32,000 bases of DNA from Wolbachia endosymbiont of Dirofilaria (Dirofilaria) immitis (GTDB lineage Bacteria; Pseudomonadota; Alphaproteobacteria; Rickettsiales; Anaplasmataceae): contig NZ_CP046578.1 in the NCBI RefSeq assembly GCF_013365455.1, positions 870,001 to 902,000 on the forward strand, given 5' to 3'. The notes below the pieces were generated by a model. It had not been told where the DNA came from, made no database searches, and saw only the letters and a list, made by a program, of their open reading frames with translations. Below, piece after piece: positions 19,316-28,230 of this stretch. Positions within the stretch are counted from its first letter, which is position 1, and the number at the start of each line of letters is the position of its first letter. The position numbers and the translations under genes are program-made.

Positions 19316-20212
19316 CTATATCTTCAATATCTTATCATCAGCACACTCATCGTATTCAATCTCAACTGTGGAATGTGCAATTTCAAACTCACTTAATAGT
19401 ATTTTTTTTATTTCATACAAAATATCAGTGTGTTGTGCATCTTGCCTTACTTTAGCATGCATGGTAATTATAAAATAATTGTCAGACAGCGACCATGCAT
19501 GTATGTGATGTACATCAATAACTTCAGGTAGCTTAGATACAATCTCACTCTTTATCCCTTCAGCAGACACCCCTTCAGGTGTGCCTTCAAGGAGAACATG
19601 ACAAGAACTTTTAAGAATTTTATAGCCACTGTTGAGAATTACTATGCTGACAAACACCGACAAAATAGGATCTACTACCTGCCATCCAGTTAGCATAATA
19701 ACCATAGATGCAAATATAGCAGCTATAGAACCTAAAATATCTCCTATAACATGCAACACGGCACTTTTTATATTTATATTACTTTCACATTTACTATGCA
19801 ATATAAAGAAAACTATAATATTAGCAATCAGCCCAAGCGTAGCAACAATTAACATTATTCCCCACTCAATATTAACTGGAAAAATAAATCTCTTTATTGA
19901 CTCAATAATAATGATCACTGAAATGAAAAATAAAGTTAAACCATTGACAAATGCCGCAATTATTTGCAACCTGTGATATCCATATGATCTCTGCAGATCA
20001 GATTTCTTAGTTGAAAATTTGTGTGCTATCCAACTCAAAACTAGAGCAAAAAGGTCAATAAGCATATGCCCTGCATCTGATAATAGAGCAAGTGAATGTG
20101 AAATTATTCCACCTATTACCTCCATAAACATCGTTATTGCGACTATTATTATGGAATGAATTAAACGCCTGGACTCTGCTATTGAATGTTTACCGTTGTG
20201 CACTGCTATCAT
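19316..20212 (-). CDS. czcD: cation diffusion facilitator (Co/Zn/Cd efflux) CzcD family
   Basis: 298 aa with six TM segments, CDF signatures SLALLSDAGHMLIDL and HVIGDILGS, and a C-terminal cytoplasmic domain. Confidence 0.88.
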   Translation of the reverse strand: MIAVHNGKHSIAESRRLIHSIIIVAITMFMEVIGGIISHSLALLSDAGHMLIDLFALVLSWIAHKFSTKKSDLQRSYGYHRLQIIAAFVNGLTLFFISVIIIIESIKRFIFPVNIEWGIMLIVATLGLIANIIVFFILHSKCESNINIKSAVLHVIGDILGSIAAIFASMVIMLTGWQVVDPILSVFVSIVILNSGYKILKSSCHVLLEGTPEGVSAEGIKSEIVSKLPEVIDVHHIHAWSLSDNYFIITMHAKVRQDAQHTDILYEIKKILLSEFEIAHSTVEIEYDECADDKILKI

Positions 20213-20237
20213 ATAAAACCATTTTCATGGGCAAAAG

Positions 20238-20310
20238 TGGGCAACACTGGACTCGAACCAGTGACCTTTTGCACGTCAAGCAAATGCTCTACCAACTGAG
20301 CTAGTTACCC
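20238..20310 (-). tRNA. tRNA-Val (anticodon GAC); CCA not encoded
   Basis: Hand-folded 73-nt cloverleaf: acceptor GGGTAAC/GTTGCCC (one G-U pair), D stem GCTC/GAGC, anticodon stem TTTGC/GCAAA with loop TTGACGT, T stem ACTGG/CCAGT with loop TTCGAGT, discriminator A. Confidence 0.9.
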
Positions 20311-20321
20311 ATTGTAACTTT

Positions 20322-20351
20322 AATATAATGCTTCAGCAGAATGAAAGTCAA
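20322..20351 (-). promoter_or_regulatory. sigma70-type promoter for tRNA-Val (and probably czcD)
   Basis: Minus strand: TTGACT (20351-20346), 18-nt spacer, TATATT (20327-20322), then 11 nt to the mature tRNA 5' end. Confidence 0.5.
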
Positions 20352-20970
20352 TTTGCTTTTAAAGCATTGTCCTATCACTCCACCTGACATGATCCAGAAA
20401 TCTAACTGTATAGAATTTTAGCTATACTCTATGATTTTACATACTGAGTTAATTACTCATATCCTTTTGCTAAAATGGAAATTTACTATTTTTTAAGAAA
20501 ATTACACCAAGGTTAAAACATATATCCAAAAATTAAGCATGAAATAAAGAGCAAAATGTCTAACTATGCACCAAAACAAAATAATAGAACTAGAGTTATA
20601 AGAGATAAATTACAAACAACAGGTAAAGCCAGAACAAACAACTATCAACCTGTTAAAAATACAAAGATCATAAACAACCATGCTTTTACAAACCAATCTG
20701 TAAAAACAAGCTCACGGTGCTTTTTTTAGCAAAGCAGTTTTGAATTAACTATACAAGAAACATCTCCAAGAAGATAACTCTTTAAAAAACCTTCACTATT
20801 AAGTAATAATAAACAAATTTTGCAGAGAAAAGGGTATTTTTGCTTACAATAAATAAGTTATCTATTCTTGTGCCAAAGACGACATAAAATGTTATATAAA
20901 TTACGAAACAAACTCAGTAAGGACCATAATCATAAATATATGCCAATAAGTCAATATTATAGCTTCATAT

Positions 20971-21300
20971 ATAGGAAACTTATTATGTCGCATACTCTCA
21001 GAGCTTGAAAAAGGTCAAACTAAAAACAGATAAGAAAAATTCTGAACAAATATTAATAGAAAAGAAATTAGAAAATTATTAGGAGAAGCTCCCCAAAGAA
21101 GGATGAAAGAGTGGCTTAATGATCCAGCAAAAATAAAAAATATCCAAATGTGGAATACAATGTATTATACGAAAAAATTTCCGAAAAACTTGTATATACT
21201 AGTATAAGTATTGGCCAAATTAAAAGAATCTATAATAAATATGGAATAATATCTCCAACAGAAAGTAAATTCAGAGAGATGAGAAAAGCTCAGAAAAAAT
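20971..21300 (+). pseudogene. fossil of a tandem helix-turn-helix XRE-family transcriptional regulator
   Basis: Plus-strand translation with 2 stops and 1 frameshift: IGNLLCRILSELEKGQTKNR*EKF*TNINRKEIRKLLGEAPQRRMKEWLNDPAKIKNI, then ISEKLVYTSISIGQIKRIYNKYGIISPTES. Both halves fit the HTH_XRE pattern (..L...KG.TQ..LA..L..S...IS.IE.G...P....L..). Confidence 0.45.
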
Positions 21301-22762
21301 AAGATCTAACAAGTATCACAAACAAAAACAGAGTCAACAACATTTCAGGGTAGAACAAATCTAAAAGTTACCGAAGATACGAAGATAATACTGACAGCAA
21401 GTTTAATCAGAACATTGACTTATTCCAGAACAAAAGTTTTTAAAGATCTTACTAATCAGAATAACGACGACATTATCAATAACGAAGGTCTTCTCAAAGT
21501 GCTGGAAGATATTGTAAAAGCTTTCAACAAAATCTTTAGAATAAAAAAGACAATAATCACATTTTTAGCACACGGAAACGTGCTAACTTTTTAGACTGCT
21601 CTTATTTGAGGATAAGAAAAGCTACCAAAAGTATTTAAGTAGCAGTCATATATACATACTCTTATGCTGAAAACGCTAGAAACAGTAGTGATTTACTTAT
21701 AATTATAGTCATCAAGTATAAATTTGTCCATGCATTAATATTCTATTTAACCTCTAAGTTAGACCTTGGCAAAGTTTTGATGAAAAGTTTAGCAGAATAT
21801 GTTGCACAATTAACAGAAGAGGAAAAACTTGTTGATTTTGCAAAATTAGCCAGTGATGAATACAAGAGCATTATTCTAGAATAAACAATCAAAAAAGCTA
21901 TTGATCCTTCCCAAGGAGGGCAGTAGTCACTGCATATATTAAGAAACTTATCCAAATTTTATTGATAATTTTCTTTACACGGCAACAGGAGATAGGAAAA
22001 CTCTAATGTTTTTTATTCCAAAAATAATGATGCAAAAGGCCTACCAAAGCAAAGTAAAAAATCCAAAGAAGAGAAGGGTTTTCTATAATCAAGTAAAACT
22101 GCTCAAGCGCTGAAGATAAGACTGAAATTTGTGGTCTACTAATTTATTTTATGACTCAAAACCACCTAAAAAATCGGCAATATTTAAATAAAATAAAGAG
22201 TAAAAACAAATAGCATTGAAAGAAACAATCCTAAAAATAGAAAAGAGCTCTGATTAAGTTCAAGAAGAAAGCATAAGGCAAATGTTATTATAGATTATAA
22301 CAGCACAAGAAACTCGTATAATAAAGCTGAGGGAGCTGAGAAGCAATCTATATGAAAATTTTGACATAAGCTGCATCATCAATTATAAGATTGCTACTTT
22401 GATAGAAAGGTAAAACTTTACTTTGAAAATGGAAAATTTGCAATTTACGATGGGATGTAAGGAAGCTTATAGTGTGTTTACATGAAGATCAAGCATTTAT
22501 CAAAATAATAAAGGATAGTGACAATTATAGCTTGTCTATAAAAAATGATAAAGTAACAAGCAGTATTAGCAAAATAGGTAATCCAAATCGCGAATTGTTA
22601 TCAGACTCTAGCCATCTTGACTCAGAAGAAAATAATATTATGTTATCAAGTTAATATCAAGAATTGAACTCCCACCTAGAAAATAGCTTAATGAAAATAT
22701 TTGATTGTACAGTTGGTCTAATCTATTATGAACACACAATTTAATTTAAACAAACACATAAA

Positions 22763-22807
22763 GAGTTGCTACATCCAAGCAACAACTCCTCATGTGTGGA
22801 AGTTGTT
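22763..22807 (-). terminator. candidate terminator (two adjacent hairpins) downstream of pyrB
   Basis: Minus strand: AACAACTTCC-acacatga-GGAGTTGTT (one bulge), then GTTGCT-tggatgt-AGCAAC followed by the T-rich TCTTTATGTGTTTGTTT. It starts about 48 nt after the pyrB stop. Confidence 0.4.
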
Positions 22808-22854
22808 ATACTAAACCAAGTATAAGCTTTATAGAATTACATATTTTTTTAGTA

Positions 22855-23754
22855 TTAGCAAGGACTATAATAATGCAACACTGCCTTACGTATTGCTAAC
22901 CCAAACTCTATTTGTTTTAAAATAACACAATCTGCTATATCATCACTAATTTCAACACCTCTATTTATTGGCCCAGGATGCATAACAATCACATCCGGTT
23001 TTGCATACAATAACTTCTGTGAATCAAGCCCATACAAATGAAAGTATTCTCTCTCTGAAGAAATAAAATAACCATTATTCATACGCTCCCTCTGCAACCT
23101 CAAAAGCATAATTACATCAGCGTCTTTTATACCTTCAATCAATGAATAATGAACTGAATCTACTTCAGTAAAATATCTATAAATCAAAGTTGGTGGTGCA
23201 ATCAAACATATTTTCACTCCAAACATTCTCAGTAATCTTATGTTTGATCTTGCAACTCTACTGTGTAAAACATCCCCACATATTACAATTTTGAGATTTT
23301 TCATTTGATCTTTATAACTGCTGATGACAAAAAAGTCAGTAAGGGCTTGAGTTGGATGCTCATTACTCCCATTGCCTGCATTAATCAGTGAACAATTAAC
23401 ACACTGAGCTAGCACATTAATAATACCACTACTTTTTTGCCTGATTATTATATAATCAGGATTCATTGCATTCAATGTTTTCACCATATCTTTTAAATCT
23501 TCTCCCTTATTAATAGAAGAAGCCTTTATCGGCAAAGTTATAACATTTGCTCCAAGACTTTTTGCTGCTATTTCAAAGGATACAAGTGTACGTGTTGAAT
23601 CTTCAAAAAATAAATTTATTACTGTTTTATTTTTTAAAACATGACACCCTGCAGCTTTATTTCCTAGGTATTGACTAGCCAACTTAATTATATTTCCTAC
23701 ATCATTAATTGCAAGATCTTGTACGCTCAGCAAGTTCTTTCTGTGACCTACCAC
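22855..23754 (-). CDS. pyrB: aspartate carbamoyltransferase catalytic subunit
   Basis: 299 aa with STRTLVSFE (STRTR motif), HPTQAL and MHPGPINRG. GTG start preceded by the SD AAGGAGGAG. Confidence 0.93.
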   Translation of the reverse strand: MVGHRKNLLSVQDLAINDVGNIIKLASQYLGNKAAGCHVLKNKTVINLFFEDSTRTLVSFEIAAKSLGANVITLPIKASSINKGEDLKDMVKTLNAMNPDYIIIRQKSSGIINVLAQCVNCSLINAGNGSNEHPTQALTDFFVISSYKDQMKNLKIVICGDVLHSRVARSNIRLLRMFGVKICLIAPPTLIYRYFTEVDSVHYSLIEGIKDADVIMLLRLQRERMNNGYFISSEREYFHLYGLDSQKLLYAKPDVIVMHPGPINRGVEISDDIADCVILKQIEFGLAIRKAVLHYYSPC

Positions 23755-23829
23755 TATAGAGCTCCTCCTTAAGACATAACTGCAATTGAATCTATTTTAC
23801 TCTCTTATTATCCTATTTTCAATAAATCC

Positions 23830-24440
23830 ATCCATAAAAATGGTAGTTTAATTCATAATTATCACACTAAAACAAGAACTGGCATCAACTGATAATTAGC
23901 ATTTTAATTTTACTATGGTTATCTATATCAATAACAAAAGTGAGGCTGAAAAATGGCTACTTGAAATAAAAAAAGACAGTAAAGTCAGCTTGATGGGTAA
24001 AATCTAAGATCAAGTGCTGTGGAGAACGGAGCCCATGGTTATTGCTTACCTGATTGTCAGAAAGGCTCTCATCTTAAGCTGATTTTTTTACAAGAGAATC
24101 AACATTACTATAATTGGCTCTTCTAACTAGGGAAAACTGATTAGTGGCATACCGCTATAGTCATTATGGCTATCAGTGGCATACTAGAGATAGTAAGCCT
24201 ATCCAAAAAGTAGAAGTGTACTAGATAAAGGTTATGATAAACTAAAGTTGGGCAAAAGGTAAATACTAGATATAGGGGAAATTGATAGTAGACAAGATAA
24301 AAACTTTTAAGAAAGAAGTGGAAATAGAAAAACCAATTAGCAAAATAAGAAACCCAACCAAAGAAGCTACAGGAAAAAACATCATGAAACATTAAAATCA
24401 AATAATAAATTTTTCCCTGCAATTAAAAGACTTATATAAG
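23830..24440 (+). mobile_element. compressed fossil of a group II intron-type reverse transcriptase/maturase
   Basis: Colinear motif remnants across shifting frames: IHKNGS (cf. IPK.NG..RPLG, 23830); YYGY (cf. SYGFRP, 23914); KWLLEIKKDSK (cf. .WLKAGVMDGK, 23951); RTEP../SPWLLL (cf. EGTPQGG.ISPLLAN, 24030); RYSHYGYQWH (cf. RYADDFVILH, 24153); KLKLGKR (cf. LELK..KTR, 24239); KKPNQRSYRKKHHETLKS (cf. IKPSK.S...H...LK.); FFPAIKRL (cf. LNPIIRGW of domain X). About 0.6 kb remains of an expected 1.3-1.8 kb ORF. No intron RNA domains were recognised. Confidence 0.5.
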
Positions 24441-24524
24441 GAAGCTTAGTGAATAAAGAACACAATTAAAAAAAGAAATCAACAACACAAGGTTTTTTTA
24501 CCAAGAGTCACTAAATGCCAGGCA

Positions 24525-25556
24525 TTACTTCCATTTACACTCATCAGCTATCATAACAGCTTCGAGCAGATGTTTCTCAAGCTTGCTGAGAGGTAGGTTG
24601 CTTTGTAAATAAGCTCCCCAAGACTGCAATATATCAGAAGTTTCAACACCCTCAACAATAGGATATTCCTGATTTTTTTTTGCATATAATTCCTGAGCTT
24701 GCTTGCTTACTAAAAATTCCAGTAAAGTTATGGCATTTTCTCTGTTTTTTGCGTTTTTTGTTACTGCTGCACCACTAATATTCACCATCACACCATTATC
24801 ATTTTGATTAGGAAAGAAAACCCCTAATTTATCTATGATATTCTTTTTATGTGCATCTTCAGATGAAAAGATTCTTGCAAAGTAATAGCTATTCACTATT
24901 GCAACACCTCCTTCACCAGCAGCTACAGCATAAATCTGATCAGTATCACCACCACTTGGCTTCCTTGCCATATTATTCACAATGCCACTAACCCATTCTT
25001 TTGTTTTTTCAAAACCATCATTAGCAATCATAAAAGCAATTAATGATCTGTTATATGGACTTGTAGAAGAGCGTACTAATATTTTCCCTTTCCATTTTTC
25101 GTTTGCTAAATCTTCGTAAGTACTTAATTCTTTAGGATCTACTAATGCTTTATTGTAAACTAATATTCTAGTTCTTTTCGTGAGACCAAACCAATAATTT
25201 TCACTATCTCTAAATTTTGCTGGTATAGCACTTTTTAAGACCTCTGAATCCACTTGGGATAGAAGCCCTTCTTTTTTTGTTAAAATCAAATTCACCGCAT
25301 CTGCAGTTAAAAGTAAGTCAGCTTCACCACCATTTTCCATGCGTGAAAGTAGTTGAGAATAATCAGCTATAACATAGCGCACCTTAATACCTGTGTTTCT
25401 TGTGAATTCATCAAACAAAGTACGTACTAATTCTTCCTTACGTGATGAATAAACATTTACTACTTGTAAGTTGCCAGTACCATTATTTTTATATAGAAAA
25501 GCAATAACTATTAATACAACTACTACTAAGAATGCCAACATTAAAGCTTTTTTCAT
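24525..25556 (-). CDS. periplasmic iron(III)-type ABC transporter substrate-binding protein (FbpA/AfuA family)
   Basis: 343 aa with an N-terminal signal/anchor and ..VNVYSSRKEELVRTLFDEFTRNTGIKVRYV.., typical of Fe3+ binding proteins. Very strong SD (GAGGAGGGGGAG). No permease or ATPase gene is adjacent. Confidence 0.85.
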   Translation of the reverse strand: MKKALMLAFLVVVVLIVIAFLYKNNGTGNLQVVNVYSSRKEELVRTLFDEFTRNTGIKVRYVIADYSQLLSRMENGGEADLLLTADAVNLILTKKEGLLSQVDSEVLKSAIPAKFRDSENYWFGLTKRTRILVYNKALVDPKELSTYEDLANEKWKGKILVRSSTSPYNRSLIAFMIANDGFEKTKEWVSGIVNNMARKPSGGDTDQIYAVAAGEGGVAIVNSYYFARIFSSEDAHKKNIIDKLGVFFPNQNDNGVMVNISGAAVTKNAKNRENAITLLEFLVSKQAQELYAKKNQEYPIVEGVETSDILQSWGAYLQSNLPLSKLEKHLLEAVMIADECKWK

Positions 25557-25744
25557 ATTAAATGCAATAACTCCCCCTCCTCAACTAAAAGTAGCTAAAT
25601 AGCAAAATCTTAGCAAGCGAAAGTTTGTTCAGCAATAATATTGATATCCCTTAATTAGAACATCAATATTATTTAGGGAATTATTTTATCCACTAATGCT
25701 ATAAACAGTAACTAGACAATTATGAGATTGAACTACAACCTGTT

Positions 25745-25782
25745 CGAGAGTGAAGCTGCTGTGCTTAGCAGCTTCACTCTCG
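25745..25782. repeat. perfect 16-bp-stem inverted repeat (hairpin), relatively GC-rich
   Basis: CGAGAGTGAAGCTGCT-gtgctt-AGCAGCTTCACTCTCG. Flanking T44/A83 extend the stem to 17 bp. The stem has 9/16 G+C in an AT-rich background. Confidence 0.9.
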
Positions 25783-25878
25783 ATTTCTCCAAGAACTTTT
25801 ACTCCTTCATGCTTGACTTCTTAACAAATCTCTCCCTAACCTTTCTAGGGGTCAATCTTTCCTCAAGAATACACAAAG

Positions 25879-26970
25879 TTAGTGCAATTTTACTTTGTTA
25901 CAGTAACATACACCAAAGTATATAATTAATAGTACAAGTACACCTGAGCTATAAACAATGATAGCTCTATACTATGGTTCGAGGAGCTTAAATAAAATTC
26001 CTGCATATTATTGACCACATCTATTATAAGTAAACCTAAAGCCTAAAGAAAGTGCTATATTCATAGCAACCACACCAGTCAATAATACAGTAAATAGTGG
26101 CCTATCATTGACTACTGACTTCCACCTTAGAAGCTTTGCCAATTACTCTTTTGTCAATGTTAATAAAATCGTTTTCAGTTTTCCCAAATATTAAGCACAA
26201 AATTTTAATGAGCACCATTACTATATTCTAGTCTCATAGATTTCATAGCTTTATCTTCTAATTGATATTTTAATACCCCAGCTAAAAAATCTCTATTTGC
26301 ACTTTCTACCTGTAGTTAACACTCCTTAGTATTTCTAAGTTATTTTATTACACAAAATATTGGAATAACTATAAGTAATAAGACAAACACAATGACTAGT
26401 ATAGTCACATACTCTTGGCTATTTACAAAAAACGCGATAAACCTTGTTTTATCTTGCATACATACTAAAGCTATAGATATGCTAAGTATGATAGGCTTAT
26501 ACTAAAAATTATAAAACCCTTCTACCATACAGTATATTTTACTCTTAGCAAGATTCTGTTTATTTTTTCACCCAAGTTGACTAAAGGAGTGTTAAGTCTG
26601 CTTTACTGTTTTCAACGTCAGAGTCATCTTACGGTGTAAAAGAAGTTGAAAATCCTGGATTATCAAACTCGTCACTGAGTACCTTTTCTAATGCTTTATT
26701 ACTATCACAAGATGTGACCCTACATATCTTCTTCAGTAGTTGACCTTTTTAAGCTATAATCACCTGCTCCATTACCAGACAATCTTAACACTTTCTGCCT
26801 TTTATTCTCAAGGCTTGATTCATTAAACGGATTTACAAATTGTGAAATTTCACTTTCATCATTTCTTTAGGAAACGCTTGCACTAGGTGCTGGTATAATT
26901 TCTTGTATTATCTCGCCACTTTTACTTGCTTGCTTATAGAAAGTTGATATTAATGTTTAACCTTCCCCAT
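25879..26970 (-). pseudogene. fossil of an unidentified membrane protein gene
   Basis: Minus-strand frames give a hydrophilic N-terminal part (..VNPFNESSLENKRQKVLRLSGNGAGDYSLKRSTTEEDM.., ..SDEFDNPGFSTSFTP..). Hydrophobic TM-like stretches follow (..YVTILVIVFVLLLIVIPIF.., ..RPLFTVLLTGVVAMNIALSLGFRF.., ..SSGVLVLLIIYFGV..), interrupted by many stops. No family assignment was possible. Confidence 0.3.
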
Positions 26971-27061
26971 ACTACTCTCCAAAATTAATCACACTGTTAT
27001 GCTGACTACACTGTAATTACTAAGACGTAGTAAATACTAATCTAAGGATGAGTATAAAAAA

Positions 27062-27856
27062 TTAGTATAAGAATTGTCTATTAAAGATCCTTTCATCTAA
27101 TGAATAATCTCTATCAAAAAGCAGAGTGATTGTATTTTCATGATCCTTCTGCATTTTTATCTGTGATATATTATGAAACTCCTTATAATCTGATACTACA
27201 ACTGCTGGACGATTTTCTACATCATTAACGTCAACTTGCACTATTGTATCATTCGAAATTAATGCACCGTTCCAATGTCTTGGGTAGTAACTATTGATAG
27301 AGGTCAGTGCAAGCAAGTTTGAGTTTAGCGGTAAAATTGGACCGCCAGCAGAGAAATTATACGCAGTGCTGCCTGTTGGAGTAGACAATATTATTCCATC
27401 ACCTCTAAATTTTTCTATCTTTAGCTTGTTATTTATAGCAATATTCATTTCTACTATTTTATTCACTTTTCTAAAGACGTATACTTCATTCACTGCTATA
27501 TAATGGTACCTCTTGCCGCTTATATCTATAGCTTCCATTTTCAATAAAGTTAATTGAACTGAAGTTGCATACTCTATGTGATCAATTAAATCTTCACTAC
27601 AACTAAAACATTTATTCATCAAAAACCCAACATTACCAGTATTTGTCCCATACACATGCATACTCTTATTTTCTATGACATAATTATGCAAAGTGTGTAG
27701 CATAAAACCATCACCACCAACAACTATCAGTAAATCAGCCTCAAACTTACTCTCTTCTGTTATATTGACAAAATTAAGCTTCTGTAATAGCTTAGATACT
27801 TCCTGGGATTTAGGTGATAGAGAAGCAACATAACCTATATTTTTGTATCTATACAT
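27062..27856 (-). CDS. nadK: NAD kinase
   Basis: 264 aa with GGDGFMLH and STPTGSTAYNFSAGGPIL motifs. Confidence 0.9.
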   Translation of the reverse strand: MYRYKNIGYVASLSPKSQEVSKLLQKLNFVNITEESKFEADLLIVVGGDGFMLHTLHNYVIENKSMHVYGTNTGNVGFLMNKCFSCSEDLIDHIEYATSVQLTLLKMEAIDISGKRYHYIAVNEVYVFRKVNKIVEMNIAINNKLKIEKFRGDGIILSTPTGSTAYNFSAGGPILPLNSNLLALTSINSYYPRHWNGALISNDTIVQVDVNDVENRPAVVVSDYKEFHNISQIKMQKDHENTITLLFDRDYSLDERIFNRQFLY

Positions 27857-27889
27857 GTTTCAGTCAGTTCTCTAAAATAAAGAAGAAAA

Positions 27890-28102
27890 TTAAAAAATAT
27901 CTCCATATCTATTGTTAAACTTAGCTAACTTGCTAGTTTTGTTTGCTGATCTACCTGTCAAGCTTCCAGTCCATGCAGGGTGAGTTAGAGGATCCCTATC
28001 AAGCCTTATCTTATCACCTTCCTTTCCATAAGTGGAACGAGTTTCAAATTCTTGACCGTCTGTTATAACTATAGTAACTTTATGATAATCAATTTCTATC
28101 AT
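27890..28102 (-). CDS. rpmE: 50S ribosomal protein L31
   Basis: 70 aa with ..DRDPLTHPAWTG.. (L31 signature HP.[WF]TG). No CxxC zinc motif. Confidence 0.9.
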   Translation of the reverse strand: MIEIDYHKVTIVITDGQEFETRSTYGKEGDKIRLDRDPLTHPAWTGSLTGRSANKTSKLAKFNNRYGDIF

Positions 28103-28131
28103 TGCTGCCTATAAGTTTTTCGTTTGTTAAT

Positions 28132-28160
28132 ATTGTAGCGAATTTAATTCACTAAGTCAA
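28132..28160 (-). promoter_or_regulatory. sigma70-type promoter for rpmE
   Basis: Minus strand: TTGACT (28160-28155), 17-nt spacer, TACAAT (28137-28132), 29 nt upstream of the ATG. Confidence 0.55.
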
Positions 28161-28230
28161 TTATTATTCTAAAATATTGACAAAAAATAGATAATATAGT
28201 CTTCTTGATGAAGAATAAACAATAATTATT

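Noticed and set aside
21155-21170. ACAATGTATTATACG, loosely similar to the centre of a Xer dif site
   Set aside because: The match covers only part of the dif core, lacks the paired XerC/XerD arms, and lies inside the XRE regulator fossil. It is expected by chance in AT-rich DNA.
22472-22654. 60-aa plus-strand ORF (MCLHEDQAFIKIIKDSDNYSLSIK..)
   Set aside because: It has no SD and no motifs, and sits inside a stop-riddled block. It is more likely a surviving open stretch of the decayed gene than a live small gene. It is noted under the 21300-22760 finding instead.
24141-24422. 93-aa minus-strand ORF rich in Phe/Tyr/Leu
   Set aside because: It is the antisense shadow of the Lys/Glu-rich plus-strand RT/maturase fossil. 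It is low-complexity with no start context.
25848-25867. Minus-strand GAGGAAAGATTGACCCC, resembling the RNase P RNA GAGGAAAGUCCGGGC box
   Set aside because: Only the GAGGAAAG octamer matches. None of the other conserved RNase P elements or helices is nearby, and the site falls within the tail of a protein-gene fossil.
25722-25925. 67-aa plus-strand ORF spanning the 38-nt hairpin
   Set aside because: Its frame is largely created by the palindrome itself (FESEAAVLSSFTLD). It has no SD, lies within decayed sequence, and is unlikely to be coding.
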